Counted from the first letter of the stretch, positions 7,651-16,455 are shown. The stretch is 64,000 nt of DNA from Bacteroidales bacterium (GCA_014860575.1 JACZJK010000033.1:37743-101742); one strand, 5' to 3'. The notes: generated by a model not told the origin, from the sequence alone. Program-made: numbers and translations.

Positions 7651-10098
7651 TTATTTAAGCACGATTATTTTCCGGGTAGCAACTCCTTCGTTGGTTCTCA
7701 ACATGCTTAAGTAGATTCCACTTTTTATGTCGCCAGCTTTCCAGACCATTGAATGTTTGCCTGCCGGTTGATAAGTATCTACCAGTGTATTGATCAGCCT
7801 TCCCTGCAAATCATAAATCTGAAGTGAAACCAGGGCTGGCTGTGAGAGTTCATACATAAAAGTAGTGTTTGATCCGAACGGATTCGGATGGTTGGTAAAT
7901 GAATTTGGGTCAGTACGATAAAACTCATTGATCGAAAGGGTCACATCTTCGAGCGCAAAAATTTGTACATCATCCAGGTTCCAGCCACAATATCTCCAGC
8001 CTCCATCAGTGGTTCCCATAGTCCATCGCAGGTAAACGGTTTGCTGATCTGAAGCGATGGCCGAAATATCATAAACAACTTCTTCCCATGATCCGGCTGT
8101 CATCTCTGCCTGGTTGGCCCAAATAGTAGTCCAGCTACTGCCATCCGTACTGATACGTAAATAAGCGTGATCAAAGTCCGGGCCTTCTACTCCAAGCCAA
8201 CGCATAAATTTCAATTGTACACCATAAAGATTGGAACAATCTATCGGGGTGGTTGTAAGATGTCTTTCAGGTAAATTATTAGGATAATCTCCCAGCAGGT
8301 TGTAACCGTAAACGAAATCATCTGTATATCCGCTCGTAGGATCAGGTGAGCCATACTGACCACCAAGTCCCATAGGCTGACCGAATGCCCACTCCCCTTC
8401 TGCGGTCCAGCCCGGATCTTCGTCGAATAGCCATTCATACTGAAGTTCACCTTCGCCCACAATCAGAACCATTTGTCTGTCGGTATCGCCTATATGGTCA
8501 GTAGTGTTAATGAATTGGATCGCTGCAGGGTAAGCGCCGGTTTCAAAACCATTTGCATTTGCATTGACAACAAGAGTGATGTAAACGGTTTCGCCGGGCG
8601 GAATTATTCCAAGCATCGCGCCATTGATCGTCAGCCAGGTCTGAGCCGGATCAACCACCAGTTCATATTCAAGTACATCGGAACTTTTGTTTTCCAGGGC
8701 ATATTCGAAGGTGGATGGCACAAACGGGCCTCCGACCGGTCCGGCAGGCAGGAATCCCTGTTCGGGTGTGACTTTCAACCCGGTTACTCCAGCGAGAACC
8801 TTCACACAAAAATTGCCGGTATTTTGAAATCCAGAAGGATCATCGAAATTGTAGAAATCCAACCATTGCCCCTTATCTAAATAATAACTCTGATCTTCGC
8901 TGGCTGAAGATGGTACTATGGTCCGGTAACTGGCTCCAAGCAGTACCGGTACATCGGATGTGCGGTCGTAAGCATAGCCTCCATCTGAAAGCTGGAGATA
9001 AACATAGAAATCTTCGCCTTCGGCAACGGGAACAAATGCATCAAGATCAATGGTATGGAGCCCCTTGGTTTCTATCGTGCCTGTGATAGATGAAAGTTCG
9101 TTCTGGAGTTGCCCGCCGTCAAAATCATCATAAATAACAAGCGAATAAGTAACATCGTCAACTGCTGTGAAAAAACTAACGGCCTTAAGAACTTCTCCGC
9201 CCTGAGCTATGAATTTATTAAACACAGCCGAATAGCCATTAAGGGTATCGCGATAGCCATGATAATCATGATAGTAAATATTGTCGTATTGAATAGGTTC
9301 AACGTTCCTGAATGTAATGGCTCCCATTTCAGGATGATGTCCGCAATGTTTATCATAATATGAAATCCAGAAATATCCTTGCGAACCCCAACTGGCACCC
9401 CAGCTATTTTTGCAAAGCCATGCACCAGGGAGCGGTGCCTGCGTTACTTTGGTGTCATCCCATCCGATGATTGCAATAGCATGGTTCGGATCAACAGTTG
9501 AAGATGGAGGTTGATAATGGATGTTATTGCTGATAAAGGAAGCGCTGTAACACATACAGGTTCCCATTACACCATAATCAATAATGCTTTGCTTTACCAC
9601 ATCAATGTTCTCGAGGTTGGCTCCAACTGTAAACCATTCGATATCCCTTGCATAATAGTAATGGTAACTATCGAGGTGCCTTGCAGGTGGCACGGAGTAA
9701 GATTGCCCGTCAATATCCCTTACAGCGCCTTCGCCTCTTGAAAGATAGGCTGAAGTAACAAGGTAGTCGCCGCCTTCATGAACCAGAAGCCCGCTACCCG
9801 AGGGTGGATCAATATCGTCGTTATTGTGATTATTGAAACCATTCCACCAGTCTAGGTGATACTCAGCAAGATTTGGTTCGCCCACTTCGCCGGCGGCAGA
9901 CCAAACACCAGTCATCAAAAGGTTGCCTTCCATGGCGGCAAAAGCGCCATGTGTCCAGCAAGTGCCTCCCTGCTGGTTTTTTACAGAGGTTACATAATTA
10001 ACTCCATTAACATTCCTAAGGTCGTAAGTGGCCGGAAGCTGCGCAAAAGCGCTGAGGTTTCCCAGAAACAATAAGGATAAGATCAGATTTGCTTTCAT
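7651..10098 (-). CDS. secreted C1 (papain-family) cysteine peptidase with MAM-like domain and T9SS C-terminal sorting domain
   Basis: 815 aa. Signal peptide is MKANLILSLLFLGNLSAFAQ. The catalytic Cys is in NQQGGTCWTHGA and the His in NHAIAIIGWD, followed by NSWG. The C-terminus (HPNPFGSNTTFMYEL...GIYLSMLRTNEGVATRKIIVLK) is a type-A T9SS CTD. Confidence 0.8.
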   Translation of the reverse strand: MKANLILSLLFLGNLSAFAQLPATYDLRNVNGVNYVTSVKNQQGGTCWTHGAFAAMEGNLLMTGVWSAAGEVGEPNLAEYHLDWWNGFNNHNNDDIDPPSGSGLLVHEGGDYLVTSAYLSRGEGAVRDIDGQSYSVPPARHLDSYHYYYARDIEWFTVGANLENIDVVKQSIIDYGVMGTCMCYSASFISNNIHYQPPSSTVDPNHAIAIIGWDDTKVTQAPLPGAWLCKNSWGASWGSQGYFWISYYDKHCGHHPEMGAITFRNVEPIQYDNIYYHDYHGYRDTLNGYSAVFNKFIAQGGEVLKAVSFFTAVDDVTYSLVIYDDFDGGQLQNELSSITGTIETKGLHTIDLDAFVPVAEGEDFYVYLQLSDGGYAYDRTSDVPVLLGASYRTIVPSSASEDQSYYLDKGQWLDFYNFDDPSGFQNTGNFCVKVLAGVTGLKVTPEQGFLPAGPVGGPFVPSTFEYALENKSSDVLEYELVVDPAQTWLTINGAMLGIIPPGETVYITLVVNANANGFETGAYPAAIQFINTTDHIGDTDRQMVLIVGEGELQYEWLFDEDPGWTAEGEWAFGQPMGLGGQYGSPDPTSGYTDDFVYGYNLLGDYPNNLPERHLTTTPIDCSNLYGVQLKFMRWLGVEGPDFDHAYLRISTDGSSWTTIWANQAEMTAGSWEEVVYDISAIASDQQTVYLRWTMGTTDGGWRYCGWNLDDVQIFALEDVTLSINEFYRTDPNSFTNHPNPFGSNTTFMYELSQPALVSLQIYDLQGRLINTLVDTYQPAGKHSMVWKAGDIKSGIYLSMLRTNEGVATRKIIVLK

Positions 10099-10388
10099 GT
10101 GATAGGTTAATTTTGATGTAGAAAAACTTCAATGGCATTAGATTTCCAAAGGTATAAGAATATCATGGATATTGAAGTGTTTAAGATATTATATTTGGAT
10201 TTTCAGGGTTCGAAATATAATTGTTTCTCAAATGAATTATAATTTGTGCGAAAAACACTAATGCTAAGGAGTGTGCTTAAATTGAAAAATCGTATTCATT
10301 TGTTGCTGACCCTGTGTGAGAACCTGCACTCCATGTTTTGTTTAGCATCGCTTACAAACTCAAATTCAATAGTTACAAATATTTAACG

Positions 10389-10396
10389 TATATTTG
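10389..10396 (+). promoter_or_regulatory. -7 box (TAtaTTTG) about 110 nt upstream of the cold-shock-domain gene
   Basis: Exact TAnnTTTG match. It implies a 5' UTR of roughly 100 nt, which is plausible for csp-type genes. Confidence 0.35.
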
Positions 10397-10504
10397 CAGC
10401 ATTCGTGTGGCATCCAGAAAAGGGCTTTCAATCCTTAAGTTTTACACATCTGCGACTGCCATATTAAACTTCAACAGTACTAATTAATTTTATAATAGCA
10501 AATT

Positions 10505-10960
10505 ATGGGTAGAACTCACGAAACCTGGAACAAGAAAGAAACAGCCAAGAAGAAAGAGAAGAAAAGAAAAGACAAAGAAAAGAAAAGGGATGAGCGTAAA
10601 AGCAATGTGAAGGACGGAAAAAGCATGGATGATATGATTGCTTATGTTGATGAACACGGAAACATTACCTCCACGCCTCCTGATCCCAGTAAAAGAGAGA
10701 AAATCAAGTCGGAAGATATCGTTATTGGCGTGCCCAAACGTGATGATTCAGAGATTTTGAATCCAATCAGGGAAGGGATTGTTACTTTCTTCAATGATTC
10801 CAAAGGTTATGGGTTCATTAAGGATCTCCAAACTCAGGAGAGTGTATTTGTTCATATCAACAGTTTGATTGACCCGATCAGCAAGGATAATAAAGTTACT
10901 TTTGAAGTTGAATCAACCATGAAAGGTAAAAATGCTTTTGCCGTTAAACTCATCAAGTAG
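10505..10960 (+). CDS. cold-shock-domain protein with Lys/Glu-rich N-terminal extension
   Basis: 151 aa. Has a CSD core (GIVTFFNDSKGYGFIKDLQTQESVFVHINSL, RNP1-like KGYGFI). The N-terminus is KKETAKKKEKKRKDKEKKRDERK. Confidence 0.8.
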   Translation: MGRTHETWNKKETAKKKEKKRKDKEKKRDERKSNVKDGKSMDDMIAYVDEHGNITSTPPDPSKREKIKSEDIVIGVPKRDDSEILNPIREGIVTFFNDSKGYGFIKDLQTQESVFVHINSLIDPISKDNKVTFEVESTMKGKNAFAVKLIK

Positions 10961-10993
10961 ATACTCAGGCGGAATTTACTAATCCACCCGATA

Positions 10994-11209
10994 TCATAAC
11001 ATTTCCTGATTTTTAAATTGATCACGCTTTTTAGCAAGCAGTAAGAGTCTTTCATTATCCCCGTCACCTTGAACTGTAGCGTTAAGTATCGCTACCCAAT
11101 CAACAATTCTATTATTGCAACATTTCCTTATCCGGATTGTTAATTCAATCTGGATTTTTACTATCTGGAATAAACCCAATGCTGGCAAGGCATTTCTCGG
11201 GTTGCTCAT
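10994..11209 (-). CDS. candidate small ORF (71 aa) with canonical Shine-Dalgarno
   Basis: The minus strand reads AAGGAGGTaagATG (SD at 11213-11219, ATG at 11209). I recognise no homologue. It overlaps an alternative TTG-initiated extension of the M23 gene, so it remains speculative. Confidence 0.25.
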   Translation of the reverse strand: MSNPRNALPALGLFQIVKIQIELTIRIRKCCNNRIVDWVAILNATVQGDGDNERLLLLAKKRDQFKNQEML

Positions 11210-11258
11210 CTTACCTCCTTCAGTAGGCATTTCTATTATTCACATAAAACGTAGTAAA

Positions 11259-13385
11259 ATGGCAAAAAGAATCGTTGTCCGTAAAACTACCCCATCAGTA
11301 AAAACTTCACCAACGAGAAAAGCAATTACCCCAAAAGTTGCCGTAAAAGTTAAAGCAACGCCGGGTGTTCGTAAACCCGTTCAAAAAGTAATTCTCCCGG
11401 GCCGCTTGAAGGAAATACGGCACAAGGACTTCAAGACGAATGCACCTTTCAAATTTGTTGACAAGGGTGACGTCTTTGAAACCTTGAGGAGGCTTAAAAA
11501 CGCGCCTGAAAAATTAGACATTTCCCTTCAGCCTTTGGAGGATGGAGCGTTGGTATATCATCCAACGCCAGGTTTTACAAGTGATGGGCCGTTGATGGCG
11601 CAGTTCTCAGTACGGGCAGTAATTCATAACAAAGGATCAAAAACAGTTGATCTTGATAAAGTTGAAATAGTGTATAAAAAGGGTTCAGCCACCCTAAAAA
11701 AAGAGATATATCTTCCTGCCGATCAACTGATCATCGAACCGTTCTATGCCTGGGTATGGCAAAATGGCCGGGAATATCATGAAGCTGGTGATGTAGTATT
11801 TTTAGAACCGCCTTTCCCAAGCAAGGTTACCTTGAGTTTTTATTTCAAGGGTTATAAGGATCCAATAAAATTCACAAAGGATGTGAAACCTTACACAAAA
11901 GCGTTCGCATTTCCCTTTGACCCAAAAGACTTCAAGGAAGATGAGTTTGTAACAGGGTATTCCATGCATGGAGGCGGCGACCAGGTTTTTGCTTATGATG
12001 TTGGTGTGCAAGCTTATGAGAAGACACAATTTACAGATGTATTGCCAGGCAAAAAAGGCGACAAAAATGATCATTTCAGAATATGGGGAAAACCTGTTTA
12101 TGCCATGGCTGATGGTGTGGTCCTGCATTTCCAGAAAGACATCCCGAACAATACCAAACTTGATGGTTCGGATGAAAATATGGAAAAACAGAAAACAGAT
12201 TACTGGGGCTCATTCGATTATGGCGGTTCGGGCAATCACTTTTACATAAAACATGGCGATGTTGTTGCCTTGTATGCACATCTTCAGAAAGGCTCGCTCA
12301 ATTCGAAACTGACCGCAAAAGGAAAGATAGTCAAAAAAGGAGATTTGCTTGGCAAGGCTGGTAATTCTGGAAATTCAACCGGCCCGCATTTGCATATGCA
12401 TATTAAAACCTATAAGGATGATGCTAGTCCTGAAGGCGGTTGGTTCAGGCCATTGTTGTTCAATACCGGTTATGTAATCGGGCAGTCGCATTACACAAAA
12501 CCCGGCTCAAATGTTAAATGGTCGAAACTTGATAAACAGGGAATTCCTGGTTTAAAAAATACGGCCTGTTTTATTTCCCCCGGCCCGGTTCACCCCTACT
12601 GTGCTTACCCGACAAACTGGGGCGAAGTGTGCAAGTTCAAAGTTCCTGAAAGCATTTACCAGCAGGAATTCGACAAAATATGGACTTGTGGGTATTATCC
12701 CATTTGGGTTGATGGTTTCGATGTTGGCGGAAAAACGTATTTCAATGTTATTTTCCGGTCATCGAAAAATGTCAACTGGGTTGCCCGTCACAATATGGAC
12801 GGCGCTGTGTACCAGGATGAATTCAACAAATGGGGTGAAGCCGGTTACAGGTTGATAAACGTCAACTCATACCTGTTAAAAAGCAAAATCCGTTATGCGG
12901 CAGTGTGGGTAAAAGATAGCAAGGCCAAAGACTTTGCATACCATGGTGCGACCCTCGCCTGGCACGAAGCCAATTTCGAAAAACATTGGAAAGCAGGCTG
13001 GGTTCCAACAAATATTAGCTGTGTATATGCTTCAAAAAATACCTACGTTACAGCATTGTGGGAAAAGAAAAACACTGGCGGTTTTTATGCGACCCCAAAT
13101 ATGACATTGCAGGGATTTAAGGATGCCTTCAAACAGTATACCGACAAAGAAAAATTCAAGCTGGTTTATCTGGATGCCTATATTAAGAATGGCAAACCTT
13201 TGCTGAGCGGAATCTGGTACAAGAATGCACCTAATTATACTTCATGGTGGGAGAAATTCTTCCAGAATGACGCGGAGTTCCAGGCAAATTACTCATCATT
13301 CCTTGACAAGGGCTATCTTACCCGCTGCATAGCAGGATACCACGATGGTGTGGTTTCTAGGTATGAGGGGGTCTGGTCGAAATAA
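11259..13385 (+). CDS. M23 family metallopeptidase fused to C-terminal BTRD1-like tandem repeats
   Basis: 708 aa from the first ATG (MAKRIVVRK...). M23 catalytic motifs are MHGGGD (HxxxD) and NSGNSTGPHLHMH (HxH). The C-terminal 260 aa form about 4 repeats of the type YFNVIFRSS..WVARHNM..YRLINVNSY..RYAAVWVKD. No signal peptide is present, and the N-terminal tail is basic and rich in K/P/T/V. Confidence 0.8.
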   Translation: MAKRIVVRKTTPSVKTSPTRKAITPKVAVKVKATPGVRKPVQKVILPGRLKEIRHKDFKTNAPFKFVDKGDVFETLRRLKNAPEKLDISLQPLEDGALVYHPTPGFTSDGPLMAQFSVRAVIHNKGSKTVDLDKVEIVYKKGSATLKKEIYLPADQLIIEPFYAWVWQNGREYHEAGDVVFLEPPFPSKVTLSFYFKGYKDPIKFTKDVKPYTKAFAFPFDPKDFKEDEFVTGYSMHGGGDQVFAYDVGVQAYEKTQFTDVLPGKKGDKNDHFRIWGKPVYAMADGVVLHFQKDIPNNTKLDGSDENMEKQKTDYWGSFDYGGSGNHFYIKHGDVVALYAHLQKGSLNSKLTAKGKIVKKGDLLGKAGNSGNSTGPHLHMHIKTYKDDASPEGGWFRPLLFNTGYVIGQSHYTKPGSNVKWSKLDKQGIPGLKNTACFISPGPVHPYCAYPTNWGEVCKFKVPESIYQQEFDKIWTCGYYPIWVDGFDVGGKTYFNVIFRSSKNVNWVARHNMDGAVYQDEFNKWGEAGYRLINVNSYLLKSKIRYAAVWVKDSKAKDFAYHGATLAWHEANFEKHWKAGWVPTNISCVYASKNTYVTALWEKKNTGGFYATPNMTLQGFKDAFKQYTDKEKFKLVYLDAYIKNGKPLLSGIWYKNAPNYTSWWEKFFQNDAEFQANYSSFLDKGYLTRCIAGYHDGVVSRYEGVWSK

Positions 13386-13403
13386 AAAGTGATGGAGTAA
13401 AAA

Positions 13404-13540
13404 GAGGCTTTCGCAGAACTGAAATGTTTACTAATTTTTGTCATTCTGATCCACCGCGGCGGAGAAGAATCTAATATACAGTCAAATAAAGATCCTTCAC
13501 TCCGTTCAGGATGACAAGATCAACCTATTGTGATAGCCTC
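13404..13540. repeat. nested imperfect palindromic (REP-like) element; core at 13439-13516
   Basis: Core arms TGTCATTCTGA...GGAGAAGAATC (left) and GATCCTTCACTCC..TCAGGATGACA (right) pair over more than 20 bp. Outer arms GAGGCTTTCGCA (13404-13415) and TGTGATAGCCTC (13529-13540) pair at 10 Watson-Crick positions plus 1 G-T out of 12. The GTCATYCTGA...TCAGRATGAC arms resemble a dispersed intergenic hairpin family I recall from Bacteroidota genomes. Confidence 0.6.
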
Positions 13541-13570
13541 ATTAGAGGTAAAAAGACTTTTCTGAGTGGG

Positions 13571-13663
13571 CTCAACTTTGATCTTTGATCTTCCTGGGGA
13601 TTTGGGGCTTGAGGCTTGGAATTTGGAATTTGGAACTTGGGTCTTGTTTTCTGATCTTTGCAC
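13571..13663. repeat. degenerate heptad tandem array (about 12 units ending in TTG/CTG)
   Basis: Units read atctttg atcttcctg gggatttg gggcttg aggcttg gaatttg gaatttg gaacttg ggtcttg ttttctg atctttg. The array is T/G-rich and ends 16 nt before the decarboxylase ATG. Confidence 0.8.
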
Positions 13664-13678
13664 GGAAACAGCAAATAG

Positions 13679-15121
13679 ATGAAATCCAAACTACACCAAG
13701 CCTATAACCCTGAAAGTTTCAGGAAACTCGGACACGAAATTATTGACCTGCTTAGCACGCATTTGCACGATGCAAGCAATGGCAGGAAAAAAGTAATCAA
13801 CTGGAAAGAACCCGCGGCCCAACTTGGGTTTTGGCAACAAAATATGACCCAAGAGCAATCACTTACCGATATGTTCAAAGATGTGATTGATAATTCTATC
13901 AGCATCCATCACCCGCAATATATCGGCCATCAGGTAGGAGCTACCATGCCTGTTGCTGCCCTGGCTGATCTGTTGGGAGCCTTATTAAATAACGGCATGG
14001 CAGTTTACGAAATGGGCGCTGCCGGAACTGCCATTGAAAAAGTAGTGATTGACCTGATCAACAAGCAACTTGGCTATGGCCCGGATGCTGACGGATTCAT
14101 GACTTCCGGCGGAACCCTGGCCAATTTAACTGCTTTGCTTGCGGCGCGTAAAGCAATGGCAGGAACAGATATCTGGCAGGAAGGACACAATGAAAAATTG
14201 GCTGTGATGGTTTCGGCTGAGGCTCATTACTGCATTGACCGCTCCTTACGTATCATGGGGTTCGGGTCGGAAGGCATTATAAAAATACCAGTGAATAAAC
14301 ACTTTAGCCTGGATGCTACACTGCTTGAAGAGTATCTCGAAAAGGCTGAAAGCAAAGGCATAAAAGTGATTGCCGTGGTTGGTAGCGCTCCATCAACAGC
14401 TACAGGAATGTATGACGATTTGCAGGCAAACGGAAAATTTTGCCAGAAACATGGACTTTGGTTTCACATTGATGGCGCTCATGGTGGCGCAGCAATTTTT
14501 TCAGAAAAATACAAGCAACTTGTCAGTGGTATTGAAATGGCCGATTCAGTGGTAATTGATGCTCATAAAATGATGATGGCACCTGTGCTTACTACCTTTC
14601 TCTTATTCAAAAACAAGAAACATTCCCATGCCAACTTCAGTCAGAAAGCGCTGTATTTATGGGAAAAACAAGACGAAGAAGAATGGTATAATTATGCAAG
14701 GCGAACTTTTGAGTGCACAAAACTCATGATGAGCCTGAAGTTCTATGCGATTATAAAATCGTATGGAACCGATATTTTTGATGAGTTTGTAACCCGGCAA
14801 TATGATTTGGGAAAAGTGCTTGCCCAATCAATACAAAAGAGGCCGGACTTCGAATTATTTATTGAGCCCGATTCAAATATTGTATGCTTCAGGTTTGTGA
14901 ACCCGGAACTGGATGAAAGCTCCCTGAACAGGCTCAACGCCTCCATCCGCAGAAGCTTACTCGAACAGGGGGATTTTTATATTGTTCAGACCCAGTTGAA
15001 CCATAAAACCTGGTTTCGGGTTACTATAATGAGCCCTTTCACAACTGCTGAAACTTTTGAAGAGCTTTTAAACAGAATTGAACTACTGGCAAACAAGGAA
15101 TTAAAAACTTTCATATCATGA
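13679..15121 (+). CDS. PLP-dependent group II amino-acid decarboxylase family protein
   Basis: 480 aa. Has HHPQYIGHQ, SGGTLANLTALLAAR and HIDGAHGG, with the PLP-lysine in VVIDAHKMMMAP. Confidence 0.8.
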   Translation: MKSKLHQAYNPESFRKLGHEIIDLLSTHLHDASNGRKKVINWKEPAAQLGFWQQNMTQEQSLTDMFKDVIDNSISIHHPQYIGHQVGATMPVAALADLLGALLNNGMAVYEMGAAGTAIEKVVIDLINKQLGYGPDADGFMTSGGTLANLTALLAARKAMAGTDIWQEGHNEKLAVMVSAEAHYCIDRSLRIMGFGSEGIIKIPVNKHFSLDATLLEEYLEKAESKGIKVIAVVGSAPSTATGMYDDLQANGKFCQKHGLWFHIDGAHGGAAIFSEKYKQLVSGIEMADSVVIDAHKMMMAPVLTTFLLFKNKKHSHANFSQKALYLWEKQDEEEWYNYARRTFECTKLMMSLKFYAIIKSYGTDIFDEFVTRQYDLGKVLAQSIQKRPDFELFIEPDSNIVCFRFVNPELDESSLNRLNASIRRSLLEQGDFYIVQTQLNHKTWFRVTIMSPFTTAETFEELLNRIELLANKELKTFIS

Positions 15122-16302
15122 CTCGTCTGAACCTCTCACAGCTTTTTCGAACCACTTTTTTAATTCTTGCTGCAACAATGCTGGCAGGCAACCTCACTGC
15201 ACAAACCATTATCAGCGGCAATTTCCTTCACAATGGATTAAACCGTACCTACCGCTTGTATATTCCTGAAATTTACGATCCCTCCACTCCTGTTCCGCTC
15301 CTCTTTAATCTTCATGGCTACGGATCAAACAATATTGAACAGGAGCAATACGCCGATTTCAGGCCAATTGCCGACACAGCCAATTTCATCATTGTGCATC
15401 CCAATGGCACACCCGACAATGGTGGGAACCTATTCTGGAACAGCTTTGGAGGCGCCAGCATTGATGATGTTGGTTTTCTATCGGCGCTGATTGATACAGT
15501 GCTGGCAGATTATAACATTGATGAAGCAAGGATTTACAGCACCGGCATGAGCAATGGTGGATTTATGAGCTATGATCTGGCCTGTTTTCTGAGCGACCGG
15601 ATCACGGCAGTTGCCTCCGTTACTGGAAGCATGATCAAATCGCGCTTTTTAACTTGTGATTTAATGCGTCTGATGCCTGTTATGCAAATCCACGGAACTG
15701 CCGATGCCACCGTTCCCTACAACGGCAACTTTTTATTTGCCCATATTGATACACTTGTAAACTTCTGGGTTCAGCATAACAATTGTCTGCCCGATCCTGA
15801 AATAATTCAAATACCTGACATTGACCCCACCGATGGCTGCACCGCCGAACAGCATATCTATAGCTGCGAGGACTCAATTGCTTCGGTTGAATTTTTTAAG
15901 GTAATCGGTGGTGGCCATTCCTGGCCCGGCGCGCCGATCAATATCAACATTACAAATATGGATTTCAGCGCCAGCATTGAAATATGGCGTTTTTTCAGGC
16001 AATACAGCCTTGATCAGTTCATCACTGGATATGAATATACTAATCCGCTTACTGCTCAAATCAACATTTTTCCGAATCCTACTTCCAACAAGATAACGAT
16101 TGAATATTCAGGTGGTTCACAATTTGCAAATGCTGTTCTTTCAATCATTGATCTTCAGGGGTGGAAGGTACTTTCACAAGATTTTCCGGGTGGACTGCAT
16201 CAAATCAAATTAGATGTGAGCGATTGGCCGGAAGGACTTTATCTTTTGAATATCACTAACAACGAAGGAATAACAATAAGCAGGAAGATTGTGATCAGGT
16301 AA
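15118..16302 (+). CDS. secreted PHB-depolymerase/LpqC-type esterase with T9SS C-terminal sorting domain
   Basis: 394 aa. Has a signal peptide, HGYGSN, the nucleophile elbow TGMSNGGFMS, and a CTD (IFPNPTSNKITIEY...GLYLLNITNNEGITISRKIVIR). Its start overlaps the upstream stop as ATGA. Confidence 0.7.
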   Translation: MTRLNLSQLFRTTFLILAATMLAGNLTAQTIISGNFLHNGLNRTYRLYIPEIYDPSTPVPLLFNLHGYGSNNIEQEQYADFRPIADTANFIIVHPNGTPDNGGNLFWNSFGGASIDDVGFLSALIDTVLADYNIDEARIYSTGMSNGGFMSYDLACFLSDRITAVASVTGSMIKSRFLTCDLMRLMPVMQIHGTADATVPYNGNFLFAHIDTLVNFWVQHNNCLPDPEIIQIPDIDPTDGCTAEQHIYSCEDSIASVEFFKVIGGGHSWPGAPININITNMDFSASIEIWRFFRQYSLDQFITGYEYTNPLTAQINIFPNPTSNKITIEYSGGSQFANAVLSIIDLQGWKVLSQDFPGGLHQIKLDVSDWPEGLYLLNITNNEGITISRKIVIR

Positions 16303-16455
16303 GTATATTTTTGATGTAATGGTGAACAGATCAAACAATCACGGCTAAAATTTAGTTTCATAAATTAGAGCCCTTTAAACCTCCTTCGAACGCATCTTTA
16401 CAAGATTCAAAAAATGAAACATTCATAAAAACTTCATCAATAAAAATCAAATTCA

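Noticed and set aside
11115-11258. The ORF-track start of the 756-aa M23 ORF, a TTG at 11115 adding 48 residues.
   Set aside because: It starts at a TTG and the added peptide is I/F/N/K-rich, like translated AT-rich spacer. A clean ATG at 11259 begins the basic tail. I keep it only as an alternative in a finding, because it would add hydrophobic segments.
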